NCBI GenBank assembly: GCA_947630455.1
Contig: CANRHP010000005.1
Location: 7,536-71,535 of the forward strand
Reading direction: 5' to 3'
Length of the DNA: 64,000 nucleotides
Source: an uncultured Clostridia bacterium
GTDB taxonomy: Bacteria; Bacillota; Clostridia; Christensenellales; CAG-314
Notes under the pieces: model-generated
Database searches by the model: none
The model's input: only the letters and a program-made list of their open reading frames with translations
What the model was told of the DNA's origin: nothing
In this document: positions 1-9,658 of the stretch, in pieces
How positions within the stretch are numbered: position 1 is the first letter of the stretch
Layout: every line of letters begins with the position of its first letter
Made by a program: the position numbers and the translations under genes

Positions 1-1914
1 CATAACCTCGAACAGCAGGGGATTGTTACGGTACGATCCGTAGACGAGGTGCCCGACGGTGAAATCTTGATAATCAGAGCGCATGGCGCACCCAAATCGG
101 TATATGAAGAGGCGGCTCGGCGCAAAATAAAAATCGTGGACGCTACTTGTCCTTCCGTTCGTGCAATTCAGCAAAAGGCAAAACGTTACCACGACGATGG
201 TTATCAAATAGTTCTTATCGGAGATGCATCACATCCGGAAATCATCGGCATAAACGGTTGGTGCGACAATTCTGCAATAGTGTTTGATGGTAAAGGCAAA
301 TTGGATCTACACAGTACCGAGAAGGTGCTTGTGATGTTTCAAACTACATTCGATACACGTTATTTTGAAAAAAGTTTGCAAAATATTTCAACAGACCGCG
401 TTAAAACGCTTGAAATATTTAATACAATTTGTTATACTACTTCACAAAGGCAGTATTATGCCCAAATTTTGTCCACCCAGTGTGACGCGGCAATTGTTGT
501 GGGTGATAGCAACAGTTCAAACACAAGGAGACTGTATGAAATTGCTTCAAACAATTGTTCGACAATACTTACGGAGGGGAATTTGACAGATATTGACTTG
601 TCAAAATGTAAAAATGTCTGTATCATTTCAGGCGCATCAACTCCGACAGAGTTGATTAAGGGGGTTTTAGAAACAATGAGTGAAAATGCAAAAGATACCG
701 TTGTAGAAACGGTTGTGTCCGAAGATGCCGCAGAAGTTACTTCCGAAGAAGTTACCGCAGAAGAAAAGGTCATGGGCAAGGACGAGGCTATGCTTGCAAA
801 GGCTGTGTCCGAATTGAAAGAGGGACATAGATATCGGCTGGGTCAGAAGGTCAGATGCCGCGTTGTACTTGTTAGTGACGACGGTGTGTATGTAAGCATA
901 CCCAGTTCCAAAAAAGAAGCCTTTATTCCCAACGATGAATTGGCCATGGACGGAAACTTTCAGGCTGTCAAGGACGAGTTGAAGGTCGCTTTGGAAACGG
1001 ATAATTCAGAACAGTGCACATTGGACTGCGCGGTAATTTCCGTAGACAAGGGCATCACCCTTTCCAAAAAGGTCATTGACGAAAGATACAAGGATGACGC
1101 ATTGGTCGAGGATATCAAGCAAGGTAAGGAATTTCAGGCGACAATGACGCGTGTCGGCAAGGAGTGTCTCACCGGTAAGCTCGGAAGCTACACGGTTATA
1201 GTCCACGCATCTCAAATCAAGATCGGCTATGTCAAAAATCTAAACGACTATCTCGGCAAAACACTGAGACTTGTAGTCAGCAGCCCGGATAAAGTAGACG
1301 ATCACAAACGTGTGATTTTTGCCAGCCAAAAGGTTATTTTACTTGCGGAAAGAAAGGCCAAGGAAGACGAATTCTGGAACAACATAGACGTTGGAGAGAT
1401 CGTCGACGGTAAGGTGTTGAGATTTGCGCCTTTCGGTGCGTTTGTAGATGTTCGCGGTTTCGACTGTCTTGCTCATTCGACCGATTTGTCTTGGGATCGC
1501 ATTGCTAGCCCCGCCGAAGTGTTGGAATTGGGAAAAACTTACGAATTTGTAGTGCTTGCTCTCGACAGAGAGAAAAACAGAGTATCTTTGGGCTACAAGC
1601 AGCTGCAGCCGCAGCCTTGGGATGTTGCGGAGAGCAAATTCCCCGTGGGCGCTCACGTGGTTGGTAAAGTCGCGCGTATAATGCCTTTCGGTGCGTTTGT
1701 GGAACTGGATAAACATATCGACGGTTTGCTTCACGTTTCCAATGTTTCATGGGAATGGCTGGATGATATCAACACAGCGTTGAAGGTTGGCGATGAGATC
1801 GAAGTGGAAGTTTTGGAGTTTGACAAGGAAAACAAACGTATCACTTTGTCTCGTAAGGCTTTGCTGCCTAAGGCGGAAGCTCAACCTGCCCCTGCCGAAA
1901 AGGAAGAAGAATAA
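1..1914 (+). CDS. ispH: IspH/LytB (C-terminal part) fused to a ribosomal-protein-S1-like region; the 5' end lies upstream of the window
   Basis: The frame is open from nt 1 (HNLEQQGIVTV...). The N part looks like IspH (RAHGAP, ATCPSV, NSSNTRRL). After an acidic linker there are four S1-type repeats (e.g. GEIVDGKVLRFAPFGAFVDV, GAHVVGKVARIMPFGAFVEL). This fusion is known in Clostridia. Confidence 0.85.
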   Translation, partial: HNLEQQGIVTVRSVDEVPDGEILIIRAHGAPKSVYEEAARRKIKIVDATCPSVRAIQQKAKRYHDDGYQIVLIGDASHPEIIGINGWCDNSAIVFDGKGKLDLHSTEKVLVMFQTTFDTRYFEKSLQNISTDRVKTLEIFNTICYTTSQRQYYAQILSTQCDAAIVVGDSNSSNTRRLYEIASNNCSTILTEGNLTDIDLSKCKNVCIISGASTPTELIKGVLETMSENAKDTVVETVVSEDAAEVTSEEVTAEEKVMGKDEAMLAKAVSELKEGHRYRLGQKVRCRVVLVSDDGVYVSIPSSKKEAFIPNDELAMDGNFQAVKDELKVALETDNSEQCTLDCAVISVDKGITLSKKVIDERYKDDALVEDIKQGKEFQATMTRVGKECLTGKLGSYTVIVHASQIKIGYVKNLNDYLGKTLRLVVSSPDKVDDHKRVIFASQKVILLAERKAKEDEFWNNIDVGEIVDGKVLRFAPFGAFVDVRGFDCLAHSTDLSWDRIASPAEVLELGKTYEFVVLALDREKNRVSLGYKQLQPQPWDVAESKFPVGAHVVGKVARIMPFGAFVELDKHIDGLLHVSNVSWEWLDDINTALKVGDEIEVEVLEFDKENKRITLSRKALLPKAEAQPAPAEKEEE

Positions 1915-2006
1915 ATTATTTAAGTTAAATACCGATTCTCCGAAGACAGACAACTCCGACTGCTTCGTAGTTTACGGCAAATATAATAAAAGGAGAAAGA
2001 TGTATC

Positions 2007-2261
2007 ATGACAAAGCAAGAGATCATTGCTAGGTATGGCAGAAAAGAAGGCGATACAGGTTCGCCCGAAGTTCAAATTGCCCTGCTTACCGAGCGTATCA
2101 ATCACTTGACCGAACACTTGAAAACACATCAAAAGGACCATCACTCCAGACGCGGACTGCTGCAAATGGTAGGACGCAGAAAGGGTCTGTTGGATTATCT
2201 CAAGCAGACGGACATTGAGAAATACCGCAAGGTTATTGCAGATTTGGGACTTAGAAAGTAA
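2007..2261 (+). CDS. rpsO: 30S ribosomal protein S15
   Basis: 84 aa with the typical S15 sequence ([38 protein letters not shown]). AGGAGA SD upstream. Sits upstream of pnp as in most bacteria. Confidence 0.97.
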   Translation: MTKQEIIARYGRKEGDTGSPEVQIALLTERINHLTEHLKTHQKDHHSRRGLLQMVGRRKGLLDYLKQTDIEKYRKVIADLGLRK

Positions 2262-2267
2262 TGTCGG

Positions 2268-2311
2268 GAGAGGAGAAAGGCAAACAATCTACGCCTTATC
2301 TCCTCTTTTTC
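2268..2311 (+). terminator. rpsO terminator / start of the pnp leader
   Basis: Long stem GAGAGGAGAAAGGC ... GCCTTATCTCCTCT (one bulge) followed by TTTTT. Confidence 0.6.
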
Positions 2312-2402
2312 GAATTAAGTCCGGGCATAAAATTTTGTTTATTACGAAAAGCATATCAAAAGCTTTTCAAGGGAAATATAGAGTAAGGAGAGAGAGTAAA
2401 AA

Positions 2403-4523
2403 ATGCAACAATTTAAGAGAATCGACGGAAAAATCGGTAATAGAGATTATCAGATTTTTCAAATGGAAATAGGGGGCAGAACAGTCAGCGTAGAAGTTGG
2501 AAAATACGCCGAGCAAGCTAACGGGTCGGTAATGGTTTCCTGCGGTGAAACGGTAGTTATGACAAACGTAACGCTCGCAGCTCAGCCTCGCGACGGTATT
2601 GATTTCTTCCCATTGGGAGTGGATTTTGAAGAAAAAATGTACTCCGTCGGTAAAATACCCGGCGGTTTCAAAAAAAGAGAGGGAAGAGCGAGCGACAAAG
2701 CAATTTTGACCTCACGTTTGATCGACAGACCTATACGTCCGTTATTCCCCAAGGGATTTCTGAATGATGTTTCGGTCATTTCTACCGCGATGTCTGTTGA
2801 ACCGGACATACAACCGGAAGTTTACGCTATGATGGGCAGTTCCATTGCCTTGACGATTTCCGACATTCCGTTTTCCGGACCCACCGGCAGCGTGGTTGTC
2901 GGTTATGTTGACGGTCAGTATATTATCAACCCCAACGCTGAGCAGCGCGAAAAGAGTCTTTTGAATCTCAACCTTTCCGGAACCAAGGACGCCATTATGA
3001 TGGTGGAAGCGGGAGCAAACGAGATATCCGAAAAGGAAATGCTGGACGCAATATTGTTCGGACATGAAGCGATCAAAGAACAGTGTGCATTTATCGAGTG
3101 GATTCGTGAACAGATCGGCAAGCCCAAAAAGAATGTAAAATTATATTTGCCTCCCGAACAACATGAGGCGATCATTCGTCCGTATGCCGACGCAATGCTT
3201 ACCGAGGCGCTTAAGACTTTTGACAGATACGAGCGTCAAGCCAACCAGGATGAAGTGGAAAGAAAGGTCAGAGAACACTTTGCCGAGACCAATCCCGAGG
3301 TTTTGGACAGCATCGGCGATGTATTGTATAAGATGACGAAGGAAAAGGTGCGTGCACGTATACTCAACGAAGGCGTCCGTCCCGACGGCAGAGGTCTAAC
3401 CGATATACGTCCCATTTGGTGCGAAGCAGGTATTTTGCCCAGAGTACACGGCAGCGGTGTGTTTACACGCGGTATGACTCAGGTAATTACCACAGCAACG
3501 TTGGGAACAATCTCCGAGGTGCAGAAGCTGGAAAATCTCGATGACACGGATACTTTCAAACGCTATATGCATCATTACAATATGCCCGGTTATTCTACAG
3601 GCGAAGCTAAGCCGCTGCGTAGCCCGGGAAGACGTGAAATAGGTCATGGGGCGCTTGCAGAGCGCGCTTTGGAACCGGTAATTCCCAGTGAGGCGGATTT
3701 CCCCTACGCGATCCGCACGGTCAGTGAGGTCGTTAGCAGCAACGGCAGTACCTCTCAAGCAAGCGTATGCGGCTCTACCTTGGCACTTATGGATGCCGGT
3801 GTACCTATCAAAGCTCCCGTTGCCGGTATTGCAATGGGATTGATGAAGTCCGAAGACGGCAGCAAGGTTGCTATTCTTTCAGACATTCAGGGACTGGAAG
3901 ATTTCCTGGGTGATATGGACTTTAAGGTCGCAGGTACCAGCAAGGGTATAACCGCAATTCAAATGGATATAAAGATCAAGGGAATTGACGAAAACATTTT
4001 GCGTACCGCATTGGAGCAAGCGCGTCAAGGCAGACTGTTTATTCTTGACAAAATGCTGTCTGTGCTTCCTGCTCCCAGAGCAGAATTGTCAAAATATGCG
4101 CCCAAAATTATCACTTTTACTATTGATCCGGATAAGATAAGAGAGGTTATCGGCAGCGGCGGAAAGACGATAAATAAAATCATTGATGAAACCGGCGTTA
4201 AAATTGACATAACCGATGACGGTACGGTGTTTATTGCCACACCCGATCAGGAAATGTCCGAAAAAGCCAAGAAGATGATTATGACGATCGCAAAGGATCC
4301 CGAGGTGGGCGATGAGTTTACAGGTAAGGTCGTTCGTATTCTCAATTTCGGTGCGTTTGTGGAGCTTGCTCCTGGCAAGGATGGAATGATTCACATTTCC
4401 AAGCTCAGCAAAGAGCATGTAGACAAGGTTACAGACGTTGTCAACATAGACGACGTTGTAAATGTCAAAGTCATCAAAGTCAGCGACAAAGGTATCGATC
4501 TTAAGCTTATCAAAAAGCTGTAA
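2403..4523 (+). CDS. pnp: polynucleotide phosphorylase
   Basis: 706 aa with two RNase PH-like halves, then KH and S1 (GKVVRILNFGAFVEL) at the C-terminus. AAGGAGAG SD. Confidence 0.97.
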   Translation: MQQFKRIDGKIGNRDYQIFQMEIGGRTVSVEVGKYAEQANGSVMVSCGETVVMTNVTLAAQPRDGIDFFPLGVDFEEKMYSVGKIPGGFKKREGRASDKAILTSRLIDRPIRPLFPKGFLNDVSVISTAMSVEPDIQPEVYAMMGSSIALTISDIPFSGPTGSVVVGYVDGQYIINPNAEQREKSLLNLNLSGTKDAIMMVEAGANEISEKEMLDAILFGHEAIKEQCAFIEWIREQIGKPKKNVKLYLPPEQHEAIIRPYADAMLTEALKTFDRYERQANQDEVERKVREHFAETNPEVLDSIGDVLYKMTKEKVRARILNEGVRPDGRGLTDIRPIWCEAGILPRVHGSGVFTRGMTQVITTATLGTISEVQKLENLDDTDTFKRYMHHYNMPGYSTGEAKPLRSPGRREIGHGALAERALEPVIPSEADFPYAIRTVSEVVSSNGSTSQASVCGSTLALMDAGVPIKAPVAGIAMGLMKSEDGSKVAILSDIQGLEDFLGDMDFKVAGTSKGITAIQMDIKIKGIDENILRTALEQARQGRLFILDKMLSVLPAPRAELSKYAPKIITFTIDPDKIREVIGSGGKTINKIIDETGVKIDITDDGTVFIATPDQEMSEKAKKMIMTIAKDPEVGDEFTGKVVRILNFGAFVELAPGKDGMIHISKLSKEHVDKVTDVVNIDDVVNVKVIKVSDKGIDLKLIKKL

Positions 4524-4540
4524 ACCTATATAGGTACTGC

Positions 4541-4577
4541 AACACCCTGCTGTCTGACTGACGGTGGGGTGTTTTGT
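4541..4577 (+). terminator. pnp terminator
   Basis: AACACCC ... GGGTGTT stem followed by TTTG, 18 nt after the stop. Confidence 0.55.
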
Positions 4578-4667
4578 AAATAGAAGCGATTTTTTCCGTG
4601 TTTCGCTAATATAATGTAAAGGCAAATTGCGTATTTCGAATTTGCACGATATTAGTTTTGGTGGAAT

Positions 4668-5477
4668 ATGGAAGGAAAATTTTTTACTCATTTTGTCGCC
4701 AACGCGGTTTTGATAATACTGATCATTGCCGTAGCGGCGGTGGGATTTGTGGGAGCGACCACAAACGTGTTCAGCGTAAATGAGGATGCGCCGATTTATA
4801 GGGGCACAGGCACGAAGCAGGTATCATTGATGATCAACGTCTATTGGGGGACGGAATATATTGATGATATTTTGGCAATATTCGACAGGTACGGTGTAAC
4901 CACAACTTTTTTTGTCGGTGGCTGTTGGGTCGCGCAATATCCCGATGTGCTGAAAACAATTGCCGAACACGGTCACGAAATAGGTAATCACGGATATTTC
5001 CATAAGGAACACAGCAAGCTTAACTACGAAGAAAATGTTCGTGAAATAAATGCTTGCGGCAAGATTGTTTTTGAATACATAGGTATAGGAACCACGCTTT
5101 TTGCTCCGCCGGGCGGTGATTTTGGCAGTGAAACGCTACGTGCGGCAGCAAACAACGGGTACAAGACTATCATGTGGTCGCGAGATACAATCGACTGGCG
5201 TGATAAGGACAGCGAGTTGGTTTTCACGCGCGCCACAAAAAACACATCCGACGGTGAGCTTATTCTTATGCATCCTACGGCGCACACTCGAGATGCACTG
5301 GATCGAATTGTAAAATACTATCTTGAAAACGGGTTTGAAATTGTACCCGTCAGCAAAAATATAGGAGAAATATGGACTTCTACAAGCAATACCCAAGCGG
5401 ACTTAGACTTGTTGCAAAACAGCAGGACTGCTTTTACACTGTATCCCTCGGCGTTTTTGTCGACGTTGGCTGCGTAA
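4668..5477 (+). CDS. polysaccharide deacetylase (NodB-type, YlxY-like)
   Basis: N-terminal TM, then NodB-like motifs (TTFFVGG, HGHEIGNHGYFH, LMHP). Its position after pnp matches B. subtilis pnpA-ylxY-mlpA. The 3' tail overlaps the next gene by 106 nt. Confidence 0.85.
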   Translation: MEGKFFTHFVANAVLIILIIAVAAVGFVGATTNVFSVNEDAPIYRGTGTKQVSLMINVYWGTEYIDDILAIFDRYGVTTTFFVGGCWVAQYPDVLKTIAEHGHEIGNHGYFHKEHSKLNYEENVREINACGKIVFEYIGIGTTLFAPPGGDFGSETLRAAANNGYKTIMWSRDTIDWRDKDSELVFTRATKNTSDGELILMHPTAHTRDALDRIVKYYLENGFEIVPVSKNIGEIWTSTSNTQADLDLLQNSRTAFTLYPSAFLSTLAA

Positions 5478-6631
5478 GAGAGCAAAAAAGCAACAATGGA
5501 TATTCTCATTTCATAGAGCATCTTGTGTTCAAAGGCACAGACAGGCGATCCTGTTTGCAAATTTCAGAGGAAATTGATGATATAGGTGCTAACATCAATG
5601 CATACACAGCAAAAGATTCTACTTGTTTCTACACCAAAAGCGCCTCGGAGGATTTGGAAAAATGTATGGATATATTGTCCGATATGTACTTTAATGCCTC
5701 TGTTCCGCAAGAGGAGCTGGAGCGCGAAAAAGGCGTTGTGATAGAGGAGATCAAAATGTGCGAGGATACGCCGGACGATGTCAGTCAGGACTTGATATCC
5801 GCAGCGCTTTTTGACAGACAAAGCTTGGGACAAACAATTCTCGGAAGCATCACAAATATAAAAAATTCAACGCGAGATGCAATCCTTTCATTTAAAAAAC
5901 AGCATTATGTCCCTGCTGCAACGGTTATTGCGGTGTGTGGCAAATTCGATATCGAAACCCTCGACCTTTTAGTTCAGAAATACTTTGAGCGGTATTGCGG
6001 TAAAGAATTTTCTCTGCTTCCCGCTGAACCGCATTTCGAATATCGTGTAAAATTTCTTCACAGCTTCAAACATATAGAACAATCTCATTTACAGTGGGCA
6101 TGGGGCGGATATTCCCTTAAAGCCCCGGAGCGGGCAGCCAACAATATGCTTGCGTCTATTTTGGGCGGTGGGATGTCCAGTCGTTTAAATCAAGTAGTGC
6201 GAGAACAACACGGCTTGGCATACTCCGTATATGCCTATCCTTCCTATTACACAAATTGCGGTACATTTGAGATCTATGCTGGATTAAGTCCTGAAAATAC
6301 TTCAAAGGTGTGCGGTCTTGTCGCACAGGAAATCGACAGAATATTGGATAAGGGAATCACCGTTTGCGAGTTGGAACGCGCTCGTATTCAGGCAATAAAT
6401 TCTCTCTATATGAATGTTGAAAGCAATATGACGCTTATGCGGCTGTATGGGAGATCGATGCTTAAGCTAAACGAGTTGTTTGATATAGACGCCGATGTGG
6501 AAAAATATAGAGCAGTAACGTGCGATGATGTAAACACAGTTGCGCGCAGCATTTTTTCACAGTCGCACGCGTCTGCTTATGTAGGTCCTAAAATTGACGG
6601 ATATGATGCTGTTGCTCAACTGAAAATATAA
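5372..6631 (+). CDS. M16 family zinc peptidase (MlpA/YmxG-like)
   Basis: Inverted zinc motif HFIEH near the N-terminus. 419 aa. GGAGA SD. Confidence 0.85.
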   Translation: MDFYKQYPSGLRLVAKQQDCFYTVSLGVFVDVGCVREQKSNNGYSHFIEHLVFKGTDRRSCLQISEEIDDIGANINAYTAKDSTCFYTKSASEDLEKCMDILSDMYFNASVPQEELEREKGVVIEEIKMCEDTPDDVSQDLISAALFDRQSLGQTILGSITNIKNSTRDAILSFKKQHYVPAATVIAVCGKFDIETLDLLVQKYFERYCGKEFSLLPAEPHFEYRVKFLHSFKHIEQSHLQWAWGGYSLKAPERAANNMLASILGGGMSSRLNQVVREQHGLAYSVYAYPSYYTNCGTFEIYAGLSPENTSKVCGLVAQEIDRILDKGITVCELERARIQAINSLYMNVESNMTLMRLYGRSMLKLNELFDIDADVEKYRAVTCDDVNTVARSIFSQSHASAYVGPKIDGYDAVAQLKI

Positions 6632-6638
6632 TTTAACC

Positions 6639-6666
6639 GGCAAAGAATATTCTTCGCCATTTTTTG
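6639..6666 (+). terminator. terminator after the M16 peptidase gene
   Basis: GGCAAAGAATATTCTTCGCC hairpin (one mismatch) followed by ATTTTTT. Confidence 0.5.
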
Positions 6667-6719
6667 GGGACGCTAAATTTTGAAATTTGAAAAAAATGCT
6701 TTACACAATGATTTTGAAC

Positions 6720-6748
6720 TTGATTATTTGTTAATAGTATAGTATAAT
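6720..6748 (+). promoter_or_regulatory. sigmaA-type promoter for ftsK
   Basis: TTGATT, 17 nt spacer, TATAAT. Confidence 0.45.
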
Positions 6749-6811
6749 ATATTTTATATTGGAATAATATCGTTGTCTGTTACTTTTCGGATAAAGTAAG
6801 GAGGTGGCGTT

Positions 6812-9652
6812 TTGAAGTCACGTAACATTACAAAGGGCAAATTGATCGCAAGCATATTGGGTATTTGCACCTCAACATTACTTATAATTTTCGCTTTTTG
6901 CGGCAGATATGCGGAAGGCGGATTTAAGCAATTCGGCAACTTCTTTTTGGGCAGCTTCGGTATGTCGTTTTACGGAATAATGGCAGCCATTATTGTTGCC
7001 TGTTCTTTTACACTTGCCGGCAAATCGATCAAGATACCTGCAAAATATGCGGTTTTCTTTGCGCTGACTTTTATTTCGTTGGTGCTTTTTGTTCACACGC
7101 TAACAACAACTTATTTGATCGGCACTGATTTTTCCGAGCCCAACGGCAGTGGATATGTGCAGCTTGTTTACAACTACTATGACAAGATTATGGGCGTACC
7201 AACCTTTGGTGGGGTAGTATTCGGCAGTATATGTTGGGCGCTTACCAAAGCCTTGACGGTGTGGGGCGCAATGATTCTTTTTGTCGCGCTTTTGGTACTG
7301 TCGGTATTTTTTGTGGGCGACTTCTTTTATTCATACTTTACGGGCAAGCTCTCGTTGCAAGCCCAGACCGTGCAAAACGACTTGGAACCCAGTGCCGAGA
7401 CTTCATCCGTTGTTACACCCGTTGCAGCAGATGATGCCGAGACGTCCCGTCAAAAGGCATATAAATTTTTATTTGAACAAACTACTTATCCGGAAGAGGT
7501 TTCTTCAACTCCTACAACAAGATACGATGTTTCTCCGCAGTCTACTTTGGATAATCCTACTGCATCTGCCTCTGCGGAAAGCATTTTATTTGGACCGGCA
7601 CCTCAACCGCAGCAACCGCAGCGACCTGCAGGCAACAGCTTTTTCCGTACCGTAACAAATCCCGAGCCGCAGCAGGACGACAACATAGTGCGGGGATATT
7701 ACAAATCTACCGAGCCGGAACCCAAAGCGGATACTTGGAAGGTATCCACACCTTTCGAAGCTACTAAAACCGAACCGAAACGGGAGGACACTCCCGCACC
7801 GACGCCCACATTTGACTATCGTCAAACTGTTGAGACCCAGAGAACTGAGTCAACGGATTTAAAGGCGGATGAAAACGTTGATGCGGCGGACGTATTTGTA
7901 GAAGAACAGTTTCCTGCCGCTGCTCCGTTTGTGGAGGATACTTACAATGAGGAGGAACACGAGGAGGAACAAAAAACGGTGTCGGAAGAGCAGCCGGAAC
8001 AGCCCGCAGACGAACCGGAGGATAACGGCGACGAAATAGTGGCGATACGTGGTGAGACACCTATAGAAACTCCTAACGGAACAGCATTGCAAGAGCGTAT
8101 AGATTTAGTACCGCGCAAGGAGCTTGAAAAGGAAAACAAGGTTCACAAATATCCAAAATACAATCAACCTCCGGTCGATTTGCTTAACGATATCACGATA
8201 GTGGAGGATACCGAGGCGGATACGCGTGCGCGGGCGGCTGAAGCAATCGCCAACAAGTTTGCGGTTTTCGGAATCAAGGTGGAAATCGCAGACACTATTG
8301 TCGGACCTTCCGTTACGCGATATATGTTCAATGTTCTGTCGCAAAAAACGCGAATGAACGAGTTCGCACGTTTTTCCGACGATATCAAGGCATGCGTCGA
8401 AGCTCAGGATGACATACGTATTGAGGCGCCTGTACATGGTACAAATCAAGTTGGTATTGAAGTTGCCAATAAGGTCAAGCGTCCGGTTGTACTTCGCAGC
8501 ATACTTGAGTCGGACGCCTTCAAAAAAGGCAAAGGCAATCTTGTATTTGCTATCGGACAGGAGATCACGGGTAAGGCCGTTGTTGCCGATCTTTCCGACA
8601 TGCCTCACTTGTTGATTGCCGGCGCAACCGGATCCGGCAAGAGTGTTGCGCTCAACTGTCTCATTGTAAGTCTTATTTACAAATACGGTCCCGAATATGT
8701 TCGTTTTGTAATGGTTGACCCCAAGTTTGTCGAGCTTTCGCGTTACAATGGAATTCCGCATATGCTCACGCGAGAAACGATTACAACCACAAACGACGCC
8801 CTTGCCGGCTTGGACTATTTGATCAACGAAATGGAGGCTCGTTATCAACTGTTCCGTCAAAACGGAGTGGGAAACATCAGCGAGTACAACGGTCGCATAA
8901 ATCCTCGGTTGACAAACCGGTTGCCATATTTGGTATTTATAGTGGACGAGTTGGCGGATCTTATGGCTGCCAGTAAGCAGCAGTTTGAAAGTAAGCTGCA
9001 AAGACTTGCACAAAAGTCGAGAGCTGCCGGTATTCATATTGTGCTGGCAACACAGCGTCCCGACGTAAAGACGATCACCGGTACGATAAAGGCGAATTTG
9101 CCCTGCCGTATGGCACTGAAGGTTTCCTCGCCTTTCGACAGCAATACCATTATCAACAGCGGCGGTGCAGAGAAACTTTTGGGTAAGGGCGATATGCTGT
9201 TTATGTCTCCCGGTTCAGCCGATCTGGAACGCGTACAAGGCGCATATATCTCCAACGATGAGATCCGCGGACTGGTTGAATACGCTCGTGAAACAAACGA
9301 AGTCTACTACGACGACAAGATTTCTGATGAGATCTTTGTATCGGCAAAACAGGCGGAGGAAGCTGCTCAAGAAGCAGAAGCAAGCAAAGACAATGCAAAG
9401 GAATCCCAACTGGATCCTCTTTGCAAAAAAGCGCTGCGTTTTTGGTTGGAAAGGCAGGGTGGCAGAGCTTCCATTGCATCCATTCAGCGTAACTTAGGCA
9501 TCGGCTTCAATCGTGCGGGACGAATAATGGATTCGTTGCAAAAATTGGGCTATGTGGAAACTCTTGCGCCGGGAGAATTGAGCTCTAAGCCGCTAAAAGT
9601 GCTTGTAACACTTGAGGATTTGGATGGATTATTCCCGAATTTGCAGGATTGA
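6812..9652 (+). CDS. ftsK: DNA translocase FtsK/SpoIIIE
   Basis: TTG start behind AAGGAGGTG. N-terminal multi-TM domain, a long P/Q/E/T-rich linker, a motor domain with Walker A GATGSGKS, and a C-terminal gamma winged helix (SIASIQRNLGIGFNRAGRIMDSL). Confidence 0.93.
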   Translation: MKSRNITKGKLIASILGICTSTLLIIFAFCGRYAEGGFKQFGNFFLGSFGMSFYGIMAAIIVACSFTLAGKSIKIPAKYAVFFALTFISLVLFVHTLTTTYLIGTDFSEPNGSGYVQLVYNYYDKIMGVPTFGGVVFGSICWALTKALTVWGAMILFVALLVLSVFFVGDFFYSYFTGKLSLQAQTVQNDLEPSAETSSVVTPVAADDAETSRQKAYKFLFEQTTYPEEVSSTPTTRYDVSPQSTLDNPTASASAESILFGPAPQPQQPQRPAGNSFFRTVTNPEPQQDDNIVRGYYKSTEPEPKADTWKVSTPFEATKTEPKREDTPAPTPTFDYRQTVETQRTESTDLKADENVDAADVFVEEQFPAAAPFVEDTYNEEEHEEEQKTVSEEQPEQPADEPEDNGDEIVAIRGETPIETPNGTALQERIDLVPRKELEKENKVHKYPKYNQPPVDLLNDITIVEDTEADTRARAAEAIANKFAVFGIKVEIADTIVGPSVTRYMFNVLSQKTRMNEFARFSDDIKACVEAQDDIRIEAPVHGTNQVGIEVANKVKRPVVLRSILESDAFKKGKGNLVFAIGQEITGKAVVADLSDMPHLLIAGATGSGKSVALNCLIVSLIYKYGPEYVRFVMVDPKFVELSRYNGIPHMLTRETITTTNDALAGLDYLINEMEARYQLFRQNGVGNISEYNGRINPRLTNRLPYLVFIVDELADLMAASKQQFESKLQRLAQKSRAAGIHIVLATQRPDVKTITGTIKANLPCRMALKVSSPFDSNTIINSGGAEKLLGKGDMLFMSPGSADLERVQGAYISNDEIRGLVEYARETNEVYYDDKISDEIFVSAKQAEEAAQEAEASKDNAKESQLDPLCKKALRFWLERQGGRASIASIQRNLGIGFNRAGRIMDSLQKLGYVETLAPGELSSKPLKVLVTLEDLDGLFPNLQD

Positions 9653-9658
9653 CGACTA

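Noticed and set aside
8105-9037. 310-aa ORF antisense to ftsK. Similar long antisense ORFs occur at 41187-42017 (against the U32 gene), 36375-37034 (thiI), 4089-4691 (pnp), 19256-19843 (the PadR-like gene) and 40158-40709 (mutS2).
   Set aside because: Each lies entirely opposite a confidently identified gene. They have odd composition (rich in Cys, Arg, Phe and Leu), no SD, and no recognisable motif. They are typical shadow ORFs.
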